This document shows positions 13,175 through 25,747 of a stretch of DNA of 64,000 nucleotides, in pieces. The notes under the pieces were generated by a model. The model was given only the letters and a program-made list of their open reading frames with translations, was not told the DNA's origin and ran no database searches. The stretch comes from Octopus sinensis (taxonomy: Eukaryota). How positions within the stretch are numbered: the first letter of the stretch is position 1; each line of letters begins with the position of its first letter. The position numbers and the translations under genes were made by a program. The stretch is taken from contig NC_042999.1 of the NCBI RefSeq assembly GCF_006345805.1, forward strand, positions 149,110,001-149,174,000, read 5' to 3'.

Positions 13175-13949
13175 TGTAACATTTCGTTCCCTCCTTTATT
13201 ATATATTCTTCAAAAGAGATCTTTCAAAAATAGAAATAAATGGATTAATAAAATGAATTCTTGAGTGGTTTAGTAACATTCTATTAAGCATTTATCAAAA
13301 CCCTCACCATTATATTGGTATGAAGTGTGAAAATTTTAAGGAAACGGAAATAAGATGTTGTGATAGTCATATCAAGAACATTAACAGCTGAGGTAACTAA
13401 AGCAGTATTGTAGTGTGGGTTTTGGCCACCCTTTCTTATAAAATTAACATAACTTCGACTACTAGAAACATGCACTAAAGGGATCACCCTGTGCGGTCCG
13501 TACACTCCGCACAGCTTATGCCAGCCACTGGAGTGAAGGTACTGATTACTCAAGCAGTTGCCGGGAGTGTCATCTGCTCGAAGATGCCACATCCTGTGTG
13601 TGGAATATATTTTTTTTCTAGAATATAAATTGGACATGAGCGATCGTTGTATTCTTTCTTGTCTTGAGGTTCACAGCCAAACGGCTGGGTGGATTCGCGT
13701 GAAAAATGGCACACATGTGGAGACGGGTGCATAGATTGGAATGCGGTTTGTATTTTTTCCCTAGCCCCCATACTTAAATCGATTAAAACTTTTTCTAATG
13801 GAATTCCCGTTTGTTCCGCCACACAGCCAGTATATACCATATCACTAGCAACAAGGGGAGTACAGGATGACAATCAGCCAAAACTTTCGCTATGCTGTCC
13901 CTCATCTTTCACCGCTTTGTGGGGTTAATAATCTTAATTTTTAGTTACA
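13175..13949 (-). mobile_element. Solo-LTR-like element (775 bp)
   Basis: TGTAAC...GTTACA ends. On the minus strand a TATAAG near 13436-13441 and AATAAA about 20 nt before the end. No TSD seen. Confidence 0.5.
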
Positions 13950-14569
13950 GTTTCTCATTCAAATTACATAATAGGCAGAATTGTCAGATTAAGGCAGTAG
14001 GGTGTTTTGAGGGAGATTTGGCTGCTATTTCTACTAGGTCTAGCTACCATGTAGAGGTCTGAATTTAAGTTTCATTCGCATATTTGCATTTCGAAAATTT
14101 AACATAATCTCTTCCATAAATCAACTAGCGTAAAAATGTTATACAATGAGCACGCACACATGGACGCACGCACGCACACGCACGCCCCCCCCCCACACAC
14201 ATATACACACACACACACACGTCCATTTCATATATCGTCTTTCAATTTCTACTCTCTGCAAATAAAATTTTTATGGATACAACTGCTTACAAAAATAGGG
14301 ATTAATGTATAATTTCTTTCTATGTTCATAATTAAATCAATGTTTTAATGATTAGACAGAGGTCCAATACAATAGCTCTGAGAAACAGACTACGTACACA
14401 TTCATTCTTCACAACTCCTGAAACTGTTTTCTGACAAGGAGGGGGAGGGGAGAGTCAGGAATTTTTCATACAGCTTAAGGCTCCAATAGAAACAGGGGAC
14501 CTGAAATAATAAGGTTGAGAAACGCTGTTATAGATTATGCCAACCGAAAACGATCACAGCCACATCATC

Positions 14570-14604
14570 CAAACGGACCGGGTGAAACCGGGCTTAGCTG
14601 CTAG
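14570..14604 (+). mobile_element. Helitron 3' terminus
   Basis: ccgggtgaaaccggg hairpin-like motif followed by gctgCTAG|T. Confidence 0.5.
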
Positions 14605-14849
14605 TTCTAAATATAAAAGGAAGTTAAGATGAAAATAATAAATGCTTTATTCCATGCCTTTATAAATGTTCATAGAAGCACGGAATAAAAACATTTTATG
14701 AAATCTCAGACTTATCTTTGATTTCTTTATTCTTAGTAACCAGATTCGCCACTCACCGAAATAAACATTTCATTCCTAACTACGTTAAGGGTACGCATGT
14801 CTGTGGAGTGCTCAGTCACTTGCACATTAATATCATGAGCAGGCTGTTC

Positions 14850-15109
14850 CACTGGCGCGGGAACAAAATTTGTTTACAGGATACAAACCCAGGTCCAAAA
14901 CTTTTTTTACAAACAAGGTCTTAATGGTTTATCTATTTATTTTTGTTCTTTGAGAAGGAACCTAATCTACGTTTTATACAGATCACTTTTTGCGCACTGC
15001 TTTTTAAACACGAGAAAAGTATGCAGGGGTGCAAATTTTAATTTTGCAGCCCACAAAAGTTTTGGGAGGTGTGCTTGCACCCCCGGCACCTCCTATATTC
15101 GAACTTGTG
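14850..15109. mobile_element. hAT-like MITE inserted into a type G SINE fragment (about 14770-15165)
   Basis: CAC...GTG ends and a degenerate 8-bp TSD ggctgttc / gactgtcc. The SINE sequence resumes after the insertion. Confidence 0.6.
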
Positions 15110-15427
15110 GACTGTCCCGTTGATCGGGTCAACAGGAACCCTCGTCGTCGTAACCAACAGAGTACCAGTATGTATATAAATGTGTGTGTGTGTGTTTATA
15201 TATATATCTTTTATTAAACTTTTAATACTTTTGATATATATTTAAAATAATATAAATTAATTAATTTTATGTATTGGCTTATGTTTTTCATTGTTTGATT
15301 TGCCTAATAGTGGTTTTATCTCTAATTTAATATAATATAATATAATATAATATATTTATACTATAAAATTGGATTTAATCCTAAATCTGATTTTTCCCTG
15401 TAAGTTTGGATTTATTCCCTAATATTT

Positions 15428-15458
<31 letters not shown>

Positions 15459-15462
<4 letters not shown>

Positions 15463-15900
15463 GTCATCCAATAAATAATGCGGTTTTTTCAATTGCATGA
15501 ATTAAAAGTTGGAGGGGGCAGGATAAACTACCTGCATCAACTTACTATAAATGCAGTCAGTAACTTTATTTCGTCCTTATTCTTAGTTCAAGACATGGGG
15601 ATCGGACAATAGGCATAGGCCAGTGTCAACGGTGGTTCCAGAAATTCCGAGCCAGAAACTACATCCTTGTAGACGATCCTCATCTTGGAAGATCTGTAGC
15701 GCTCAACAAGGACGTCTTGCAAAGCCTGGTGGAACAAAATCCCATTGTAACTGTTGAGGAAATAGCAGAGAAATTTGGATTTGGTCATTCAACCATTCAT
15801 CAACACCTGCGTGCCATCGGAAAGGTCACCAAATTGGATCAATGGGTTCGTCACAAACTTTCCGAGTTTAATTGCATGCAGAGAGAATTATGTGAGGCAT
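15459..15900 (+). mobile_element. mariner transposon 5' fragment (TIR plus transposase HTH remnant)
   Basis: TA|TTGGGTCATCC end. Peptides CQRWFQKFRA..DDPHLGRS and LVEQNP..TVEEIAEKFG..HSTIHQHLRAIGKV.KLDQWVRHKLSE (WVPHEL-like). Confidence 0.85.
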
Positions 15901-16164
15901 GTTAGTATGTATATATATGTATGTACGCATGCCCACCAATTTCTTTTTTCATACATTAAATTCGGATATAAGCATAATCTACACCATCAGAATGTTTGAG
16001 GGAGTGCATACTCATTCAATTCATTCCCATCCATGGAGACTACTCTATTTTCAATAGCAATTCATCTACTCGCAAAATTTCGTTGAGCTGGGGTTATAGA
16101 AGAAGGAGACACCTGGCCAAGGTCCTGTACTAATATCTTCTATACTCCAAATCTTCTTCCATTA

Positions 16165-16397
16165 TTTCTTTATTGCCCACAAGAGGCTAAACGTAGAGGG
16201 GACAAACAAGGACAGACAAAAGGATTAGGTCGATTACATCGACTCCAGTGCGCAACTGGTACTTAATTTATCGACCCTGAAAGGGTGAAAGGCAAAGTCA
16301 ACCTCGGCGGAATTTGAACTCAGAACATAACGGCAGATGAAATACCGCTAAGCATTTCGCCCAGTGTGCTAACATTTCTGCCAGCTTGCCACCTTTT
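16165..16397 (-). mobile_element. SINE type B
   Basis: Central motif and head; partial CpG decay. Confidence 0.8.
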
Positions 16398-16420
16398 AAG
16401 GAAGTCTTCTTTCTTATTAA

Positions 16421-16641
16421 CCCTTTCGTTACTGTATTTATTTTGAGAGGCTCTGTGTTTCTTTCAATTATTTTAAATATAACACAGAATTTAGTAAAAT
16501 AACTCAGTTATCATTCAGCTAGTGTTAGGTATATAAATTATGACTAAGGTTTGGTGGAAGATTTTAATGCAAAACTTATGAAAACAAGACATTTGTACTA
16601 CAGAGCCAGAGCCGGTTTTGGCCGGGTTGGTAACGAAAGGC
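16421..16641. mobile_element. piggyBac-like MITE
   Basis: TTAA|CCCTTTCGTTAC on the left and GTAACGAAAGG on the right; the right TTAA is degenerate. Confidence 0.55.
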
Positions 16642-17302
16642 AATATTGTATCTCTTGGTGGAAGATTTGGCTACCATTTTTTTGCAAATTTAGTGATGCT
16701 TTGGTATTAAATCAGAATGAGTGTTAGATTTTGCTTGCAAAAATCTATATCTTTGCAAATTCTATTAATTCCTACCATATCTTCATAACTGCACTTAATA
16801 CCTCAAGAGGGAAAAAAACATTTTTCTTTTCAGTCAGTAGTAAATAAAGAAGAGCCACCAATAGAAGAGCTAGTCTGTTAATTGCTTCAAACAGTTTTGA
16901 CATTTTCGTTTATTAGAATATCATGTCAGGAAACAAAGCAGATTTAATTTTCTCTTTTAATTCTCTGTATACTGTTTAGTGTATACACAGATTAATCTGT
17001 TCTAATCACCTAATTCGTATAATGATCAGGTTTTTCAGGGTATTTTTCTTCCTCTCTTTAATCTGTTGGTCGATACTCTAGATTTAGTTAAAGACTTCAT
17101 CAATTCGTTTGACCCAAGGTTTAATCTTACTAATATAGGAGAAGTATTTTAAAATACTTCTTTTAGGTACATAATTGTTTTGCACACACAAATACACAAA
17201 CACAATACACAAACACAATCACACACTTCCAACAAACACGAACACAAACAGTCTCTTTCTTTCACTCATGCATGCACACATGCTTATATATATTATATAT
17301 AT

Positions 17303-17348
<46 letters not shown>

Positions 17349-17799
17349 TATATACATACATATATATATCTTAAAAGCACCCAGTCCACACTGTAAAGTG
17401 GTTGGTGTTTGGAAGGGCATCCAGCTGTAAAAATCCTGCCAAAACAGTTACAGAAGTCTGGTGCAGGCTTCTGCTTGGCCGGCTCTTGTTAAACCATCCC
17501 ACCCATGCCAGCATGGAAGGTGGTTGTTAAACAATGATGATGATGATGATAATGATGATGATGATGATGATGATGAAAGATATATATATATATGACACCT
17601 CTGTCTGGCATTCGCCATGATAGATCGCTAGCCACTAAACCTTTTTTTCATTTTCTCTCCTTGTTTATTTCTGTGTTCCTTTCTATCGAAGAGCATAGGG
17701 TCAAAACGTGAAAGACTTTCTCACTTCCCGAGCGTTAAACTAATATATCTGTTTGTTGTTTACACACCCGTCTTTGTCTTTTGTTTTTTGTAAATTCTC

Positions 17800-17821
17800 A
17801 CTATACATATATATATATTTA

Positions 17822-17878
<57 letters not shown>

Positions 17879-17938
17879 ATATATATATATATAATATTAT
17901 ATATATATATATACATACATATATATATTATATACATA

Positions 17939-17989
<51 letters not shown>

Positions 17990-18070
17990 ATATATATATA
18001 TATATGTATATATATGTATATATGTATATATATTTATATGTATATATATATGTATATATGTTTATATATG
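17800..18070. repeat. (AT)n-rich microsatellite; similar tracts at 21340-21430, 28850-29056, 50200-50262 and 54300-54490
   Basis: Directly visible dinucleotide runs. Confidence 0.95.
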
Positions 18071-18309
18071 TACAGATGTGCACATAATAGTAATCATTAG
18101 AAGTAAAAATACATAATAGCATAATGGAATATAATAACCGCTCTCTCAGCTAAATCAGTCAGTTGTTATACTGGACTCTCCCTGGGCAACATGTTTATCA
18201 AAACTGCTACTTAACACTGTGTGTGTGTGTGTATGTGTATGTGTGTGTGTCTGTGTGTATGTGTATGTGTGTGTGTCTGTTTCTGTATCTATATCTAAGA
18301 AATGAATAT

Positions 18310-18780
18310 GGAGTGATGAAAGCGTATTTGCCATCAATATGACAAGTACAGCTGAATCTATTGTGAAAATAAAGAGGAAATTCCAGGCATAGAAGCTAAG
18401 CCAAGAATCAAGCGGCCTTTTGCACAATGATGACGGTCTTAGTAAGCAAGAAAGAAGACAGGTCCCAGGTACCTTCCATGAAATGGCCTTTTCAATTTTC
18501 AGAAAAGTAGTAGGTATAAACTCCGTACACTGTACCGAAAGTGAGCCATGGACACAATAAAGATGTAACCGAATCACAAGCAGACTATCAAGGAACATAA
18601 GTCTTGTATGTGATTGATGCACTGGAGCAGTATGTTCAATGAACACTCAAGAAATAGACTCCTTTGAATGCCTGGATGGTTCACTTGAAATAATTGATAG
18701 ATTTTGTTACCTAGGAGATGTAGTTATTAAGGAAAGTAGTTACTTCAAAATTGTATCAACAAGAGTAAGAACAGCTATGG
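18310..18780 (+). mobile_element. RTE-clade LINE ORF fragment (RT C-terminal region)
   Basis: AESIVKIKRKFQA, KVVGINSVHCTE and CLDGSLEIIDRFCYLGDVV..VSTRVRTAMG. A paralogous fragment lies at 45330-45895. Confidence 0.75.
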
Positions 18781-19744
18781 GTATTGGTGCCATATAAAAA
18801 CACTGGTGCTGGTGCCTCATAAAAAGGACTGGTGATGGTGCCACGTAAAAAGTACCCAGTACACTCTGTAAAGTGGTTGGCATTAAAAAGCGCATCCAAC
18901 TGTAGAAACTAGGCCAAAACAGACTATGGAACATGGTGTGGCTCCTGGCCTTACCAGCTGCTGTCAAACCATCCAATGCCTGTGACTTAGTAGTTCATCA
19001 AAAGATACCAATAGAATAAGTACCAGGCTCATAAAAAAGAAAAAAAAAAGTACTGGCATTGATTCATTTGACTAGAAAAGAGAATTGTTCAGGGTGGTGC
19101 TCCAGCATGGCCACATGACTGAAATAAGAAAAAGATAGAAGGTAAAATATTTTTGTCACAAGTTCCCAATCTCTGATGTTCAAAACCTAAAAATATATTA
19201 CAGTGACCATTTTTCCTAACAAGAAGGAAGGAAAAAAACCTCAAAAACACAGAGGTGCATAAACAAAGCATCTCCGGTCAAGCTGTTTCAACCAAAGCAC
19301 TGAGAGTTACTGAGTGCATGTTGTACCTCTAAGCAATTCTTTTGATATGTACATAAGTAATTCTGTCATTATTTCTTGCTAATCTCTAGTTAAAACTGTG
19401 TCAGATTACACAAGCTGCTTTTCTTGCTACCTTGAGGGTGAATCCATTGCAATTAGGAAAAGAAGAAAATGATTGAATTATTATTGAAGTTTGATCAACA
19501 ACACAATATTTAGGTATACATAATTAATTAATTAGCTGAAAAACAAAAACAAAAAAAAACAAACAAACAAGCAGAGAAGAAGCATCAGGTGAGCTGAAAC
19601 AGAATAGGAATGTTTTCTATGCACAACATTAATTTTGTATGATAGGTAATTATTGAAAACTTGTAATGTAGTTTACATAGGTGTTTTTTTTCTTTTGGAA
19701 TAAGTATTTTAATGTAAAAGTAAATTTATTTGTACACACACATA

Positions 19745-19852
19745 TAGATATCATTGTCGTCTTGGTCGTTGCCGTCATGGTTGTTGTCCTCGTTGTCGTT
19801 GTCATTGTCATCCTCCTCCTCCTCCTCCTCCTCCTCCTCCTCCTCCTCCTCC

Positions 19853-19909
<57 letters not shown>

Positions 19910-19935
19910 CCACCACCATCATCATCATCATCACC

Positions 19936-19969
<34 letters not shown>

Positions 19970-19980
19970 TCATCATCCTT
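19745..19980. repeat. Compound (GTC/GTT)n-(CCT)n-(CAT)n-(CAC)n trinucleotide tract at an RTE 3' tail
   Basis: Visible. Abuts a minus-strand RTE 3'-end copy at 19980-20130. Confidence 0.95.
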
Positions 19981-20132
19981 TAATGTCTGTCTTTCATGCT
20001 GGTATTGGTTGGCCAGTTCAACAGGAGCTGACAAGCTGGAGGGCTACAACAGACTGTATTGTCTACTTTCACATAGTTCCTACTGCTGGATGCCATTCCT
20101 AATGCCAACCACTTTACATAATGTACTGGGTG

Positions 20133-20435
20133 TGGAGGCATATGGCCTAGTGGTTAGAGCAGCGGACTTGTGGTCGAGGGATCGCAGGTTTGAATCTCAG
20201 ACCGGGCGATGTGTGTGTTTATGAGCGAAACACCTAGGCTTCACGCGGCTCTGGCATAAGATAATGGCAAACTTCTGCTGACTCTTTCACCGCAACTTTC
20301 TTTCACTCTTTCCTCCTGCATCTTGCGGCTCACCTGCGACAGACTGGTGTCCTGTCCAGGTGGGGAACCTATACGCCAAGGAAACGGGGAAACCAGCCCT
20401 TATGAGCCAGGCGTGGCTTGAGAAGGAACAAACAA
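20133..20435 (+). mobile_element. tRNA-derived SINE type E with a V-domain-like motif
   Basis: A box tggcctagtgg, B box ggtttgaatc, and cctgcgacagactggtgtcctgtccagg resembling the V-SINE core. Copies at 47281-47590, 52940-53240 and 58406-58710. Confidence 0.8.
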
Positions 20436-20439
20436 TAGT

Positions 20440-20900
20440 GTACTGGGTGCTTTATACATGGCACTGGCATGGGTGCTTTATATGTGGCACCAGCACACAT
20501 GAGTCTGCAAGAAAAAGACCTCTCAGCTGACAAAGAGACATGCCTATATGTATGGATGGCCATGATTTTACTTAGCTTGACATGTCTTCTCAAGTACAGT
20601 AAATTGCCAGAAGCCTTGGCCCCTTGTCATCTCCTCAGCAAGGCCCAAAATCTGAAGATCTTTTCTCATCCACAATTAGAGATTGACACTTCTTTATGCA
20701 GCTGTCCTCATCTATATGCATCACATGACTACACCAGTATAGTCTTTTCTCTTGCACAATACATATGGTGCCTCTTATACCCAATTGTTCTCTTAAATCA
20801 TTTACACTGTCGTACTTGCACACAAATGTTAACCACCCAGTGGACATACTGGCTTCATTTCTTTCAAGGCTTTGCATATCCTCAGTAGTCATGGCCCATG
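20440..20900 (-). mobile_element. RTE LINE 3' fragment
   Basis: LREQLGIRGTICIVQEKRLYWCSHVMHIDEDSCIKKC, the same family as 55800-56707. Confidence 0.8.
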
Positions 20901-21348
20901 TCTCACTGCTATGTAGCTGCCTTTCACTCTGAGTGAGCTACACTTCCAGAACTATCTCCTCCAGTGCTAACTTGGTCCCCTAGGTAATGGAAACTATCTA
21001 CTATTTCTAAGGATCCCACTGGGCATTTGAGGAAGTCTATTTTTCTACATTTCTAGTGTTTATTGTACCTACATATCTGTTACATACAAACTCTAATTTC
21101 TCTGTTAATCTTTGTGTAATAACGCTGCACCTCATATGTCTATGTGTCCATAGCTTGCACTGGGTACACCATATGGAGTTTCTATCAACACCTTTTCTAT
21201 ATATTCTCTAGATATTGATCCCCGAAGGGATCAGTGGCTAGTCTGTTTTCCTACTTGCTAGGACTTAGGCCATTGCTAAATGTCTCTCTGTTTCTCTCTC
21301 CTACCTCTCTCTGTATATATATATCTATCATCATCTTCATCATATATG

Positions 21349-21431
<83 letters not shown>

Positions 21432-21719
21432 CAGTGAATCGTAAATCCAAGAAAGAACATACTATAAGTTATAGAGCAGTAGAGTATATAGATAAAGGTA
21501 GATATGGCCAGTCTATGGAGTTACCCTGGACTTCATGTTCATAAAGCATTTAGCTTTACAATGTTTCTTCAGACACTAAACCTGTTGGCCTATGGCCCCT
21601 TTAGCAAGTGGCCTTTCTAGAAAATGGAGAAGAAAAAAACTTTGTTACTCTGCCAACAACAAGGGATTGTCTCCCTTTGACAGCTATTTGTAATGGACCC
21701 TGTTGGTGTGTGGATCCCT

Positions 21720-22020
21720 GGACGCCAGTGGGAATTTCCTGAAATGCAAGTAGGGCCTGAAGACCTCTGTCTGGGAGTTAAGGATGTTCCCCAGGTCAAG
21801 GAAGTCTTTTAATATCTTCATTTATTCAGCTATGCACAGTTTACAATGCTTGGTCCCATTTATGTAGAGGCCTGGATTTTTTTGAATCTTCCATGATATT
21901 ACGTGGGGAGTTCTGTCATCTTTCAGCTGCCATACATGGCTAGCTAAGAATGTAGTGTATCTCCTTTCTGGGATCCTGAAAGAGGATCTGTGGTTGGAGA
22001 GGCTCTGCTTGAACATATTA
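21720..22020 (-). mobile_element. Penelope-like element, GIY-YIG endonuclease C-terminal fragment
   Basis: FKQSLSNHRSSFR..LASHVWQLKD..ISWKI..LYINGTKHCKLCIAE, a typical Penelope EN tail. Confidence 0.8.
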
Positions 22021-22494
22021 CCGGAACATTTGATGTATCCCCATGTGCAAGTGTTGGCGATGCTGTTCCTACTGATGTTGATGCTGCTGCTACCGCTGTT
22101 GTTGGTGCTGGTGTTGGTGTTGATATAAAGAGGGGAATTACATGGTTAAAAGTTTGTCGAAGAGGTAGAGAGAAAGAGAGAACTATAAAGTGCTTAGCAG
22201 AGGGAAGTTTCAAAATCATATAATATACTATTGTGAATGGAAATGAAATAAATAAACAAAATAAAAATAAAAATGCAAATTATTCCTTTTTTTCTTAAAT
22301 AGCTTCTCTTAATCTTTTTCATTCTATGGAATATCCATGGGTCCCACTAGTACTATTAATTGGAGTTTAAAAGTTTGTGTAAGGAAGGACGACTGGCTGG
22401 TTGAGTACAAAAATATGAACAGATCAACCAAAATAATAAGAATGATGATAACGATGATGATAGTGAGTGATGACATAGATATGAATGATGATAG

Positions 22495-22590
22495 GTCAAA
22501 GGAGATTGGGATGGAATGTCCTGTAGAGCTTCTGTAAAAGGTTTGCCTTTTAGGAATAGGAAAGATCATCAGAAGGGTTTTGAGCACTTA
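22495..22590 (+). mobile_element. R4/Dong-type (RLE) LINE extreme 3' end
   Basis: EIGMECPVELL*KVCLLGIGKIIRRVLST*, the same family as 36780-37075. Confidence 0.55.
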
Positions 22591-22591
22591 A

Positions 22592-23075
22592 TCATCATCA
22601 TCATCATCATCATCGTTTAACGTCCGCTTTCCATGCTAGCATGGGTTGGACGGTTCAACTGGGGTCTGGCAAGCCTGAAGGCTGCACCAGGCCAGTCAGA
22701 TCTGGCAGTGTTTCTACAGCTGGATGCCCTTCCTAACGCCAACCACTCCGAGAGTGTAGTGGGTGATTTTATGTGCCACCGACACAGGTGCCAGACGAGG
22801 CTGGCAGACGGCCATGCTCGGATGGTGTTTTTTATGTGCCACCGACACAGGTGCCAGACGAGGCTGGCAGACGGCCACGCTCGGATGGTGTTTTCTTATG
22901 TGCCACCGACACAGGTGCCAGATGAGGCTGGCGAACGGCCACGATCGGATGGTGTTTGTTACGTGCCCACAGCACGGAGGTCGATGCGGTACTGGCTACG
23001 GCCACGTTCGGATGGTTTTCTTGTGTGCCACCGGCACTGGTACCACAAAGATACAAATTCCATTGATGTTCATCT
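22592..23075 (-). mobile_element. RTE 3'UTR copy with an expanded array of ~60-bp units
   Basis: (CAT)n tail, conserved 3'UTR, and about 4-5 units gtgccacc..caggtgccag..ggcc..gctcggatggtg. Confidence 0.85.
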
Positions 23076-23112
23076 ATTTTGATTTGGTTTGATTTGATTT
23101 TCATTTGATTTG

Positions 23113-23146
<34 letters not shown>

Positions 23147-23183
23147 TATATATACATACGCACACACACATACACACACACAT

Positions 23184-23219
<36 letters not shown>

Positions 23220-23499
23220 TATATACACACACACACATCATCATCATCATCATCAACATCATTCTTTAACATCCGTTTTCCATGCTACCATGAGTTGGAC
23301 AGTTTGACTGAGATCTGGAGAGTCAGTGGTTGCATCAGGCTCCAATCTGATCTGGCAATGTTTCTACAGCTTGATGCCCTTCCTAACACCAACCACTCCA
23401 AGGGTGTAGTGGGTGCTTTTTATGAAATGGCTAGAAGAAAGAGGCTGAATAAAAGCGATACAATAATAATAATCATAATGGTGACTTCAATGAACTAAG

Positions 23500-24480
23500 A
23501 TGCACAAGTGCATGTGCGTATGTGAAAATGGTGCGTTTGAGTGTGTATGTGTGAATGGGGGCGAGTGCATGAGTATTTTGCCTGTGTGTGTGTGTATAAG
23601 TAACTCAGTGCGTATGTGGAGTGATATGCCTTTTATGTACTGGTGTGTATGTGTGTGTGCATTTGGATGTGTGTACATATGTGTGGGGTTATCATGTGCG
23701 TGTGCAAAAACATGAGCCTGTGTGTGTGTATGTGTACAAGCAACCTAGAGTATAGGTTGTCTGAAGTGATGTGCGTTTTGTGTATGTGTGTGTGCGTGCA
23801 TATGGACATGTGTGTGAGTTTAACATGCATGTGGATGTACAAACACTGGTGATTAGCAGTTGATGTGTGCTTGTTCAGGTGGTGTGCGTGCGTGTGTATG
23901 TGTCTGTGACCATATAGTGTGCATGTGTATGTTTGTGTTTATGCGTGTTGTGTTTGTGTGTGTATATTGCCTGTGTTCAGGCATTTTGTATTTTTTGGAG
24001 TGAATGCTGTGTGTTGTGGGGGACTGCATAAGTGTGAGATGGGATGGGGGTGGCAAGAGATACGGGTTAGGAGGTGGTATAGGAGTGAGATGGTGTGAGT
24101 AGGGGTGGGGTTTGTCAGATATTGGGTGCGAGTGGGAATGCATGTGAGTGTGTGAGGGTGTGGGAGTGTGCATGGTGGTGTGTGCACTGAGTTGAACAGT
24201 GCGTAAGGTTGCTCGTATAGTGGTGTGGTGATGCTATTGAAGAGTGTGCATGGGTGAGTGGATAATGGTGTGTATGGAGTGGAAAGGTGTTTCTGAGTGT
24301 GTGTATGTGTGTGTGTGATGTGAGTAATGAGTTGAATAGTGTGTATGAGTGTTTGTATAGTAGTGTCATCTGGTGAGGGTACTAAGGTAGGTGGTGTGCT
24401 GGTGTGTGAGTGAGGGGGGGCGGTTGAAAGAGAAAGGTGTGTGGGAACTTGTGTGGGGTTGGTGTTAGATGAAAAGAGGT
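23500..24480. repeat. About 1-kb degenerate (GT)n/G-rich low-complexity tract
   Basis: Strong G/T strand skew; directly adjoins the Penelope-like ORF end. Confidence 0.85.
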
Positions 24481-25310
24481 GGTGAGTTGGGAACATAAAG
24501 GGCAAAGGAATGAAGGGAGAAGATTAGTTCCTGTTCATAGTGAAGGAGGGAGTTTGGGTGGCCTCTATGCAGAGATAATCCGAATACAGACAGATGTTGT
24601 TGCAAATGACCAGTGGAGCGAAAGTGGTGTGAGACCAGGGTGTCACTGCCGAGTCTGGTGTCTTGGAGGTGCTCAGCAAACCAGTCAACCAAGCAGCATC
24701 CCATCTGACCAATGTACAAGGAAGGACAAAGAGAAAGAGCAGGAGATGCAGTAGATAACATTACTGGAGGTGCAGGTAAACGTGTTGGTGATGTGATAGG
24801 GGAGGTGGTGGGTGCCAGTGAGGATAGTACTGTTGGAGAGGTAGGGGTAGGTGCAACAGCATGGGTGAGAGAAGGGGAAGGAGCCAGGCTGGGAGGCAGG
24901 AGTAGGGAAGAAACTGTGAACCAGGAGGTCATGCAAGTTATGGGCTCATTTAAAGGAGGGAAGGAGTATGTGTAAGGTGGCAGGGTCGAATTGGAGTCGA
25001 AGGAAGGCTCAGAGAATGGTGCACTGAAGGAGTTGAGTGGAGGAGTGATGAGGAGAAAAGGGAAACAGGTAAGGGTAGAGCATGTGCAAGGAGAGAGAGT
25101 AGAGGCATGGTCAATCGATTGTACCCAAGCAAGGGCAGCGTGGATAAGGGTGAGGGAATATCCAATGTAAGGTGAAGTAGAGAGTTGAGATTGGGTCTCA
25201 AAGTCACAGTCATCACTGCAGAACCAGGAGGAATTGAGAGTAGGGGATGGAGGGCTTGGTGTGAGGAGGAGAAATTGAAATAGGAGTGTGAGTCTGTGTT
25301 TGTAGTGGAT
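24465..25310 (-). mobile_element. Penelope-like element fragment (GIY-YIG endonuclease)
   Basis: Frameshifted GSFP...TFTCTSSNVIYCISC / CPSLYIGQMG..LVDWFAEHL..VSHHF..GH..HLSVFGL..EQELIFSL. The IYCISC / YIG / HF / EQ motifs match the PLE EN domain. Confidence 0.85.
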
Positions 25311-25747
25311 GGAATGTGTGTGTGTGTATAATATATATATATATATATATTTATTATATTACACACACACAAAGTGTGATTAGCTGTAAGAAATTTTGTG
25401 CCCTTTCACATCAATGTTAAGGGAGGGTGGTGTGACTGCCTCCCTGAATCCCAACCTGCTATGGGTCTGGTGAATTCCTCTATATAGGGAGATGAAATCA
25501 GGGCATTCAATTCAATATTCCATCATATTGCTTCAATAATTACATCATTTATCAATTATACGTTCACAGTATAATTACATAAGTATGAAAACTTATTAGA
25601 AATTTTAAGAGGAAAAACTTTTAGAAGTTGCCTCTTTTGTGCCTTCTAGTTGGTATTGAACGTGAACAATTTTAACAACACAAAACTGAACGATTTCTGC
25701 ACAGCTCCTACAGACAAGAATTAAGCTGAGAATACTTATTGCCTTAC

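Noticed and set aside
13284-13928. ORFs of 79-117 aa
   Set aside because: No recognisable domain; they lie inside a TGTAAC..GTTACA-bounded LTR-like element.
21640-21740. Possible downstream exon of the VWC gene (EIPTGVQGSTH...)
   Set aside because: It overlaps the 3' end of the Penelope-like fragment, has no Cys pattern, and starts in the wrong phase.
22760-23045. CRISPR-like repeat array
   Set aside because: The units are contiguous tandem repeats without unique spacers, they lie within an RTE 3'UTR in a eukaryotic context, and no cas genes are present.
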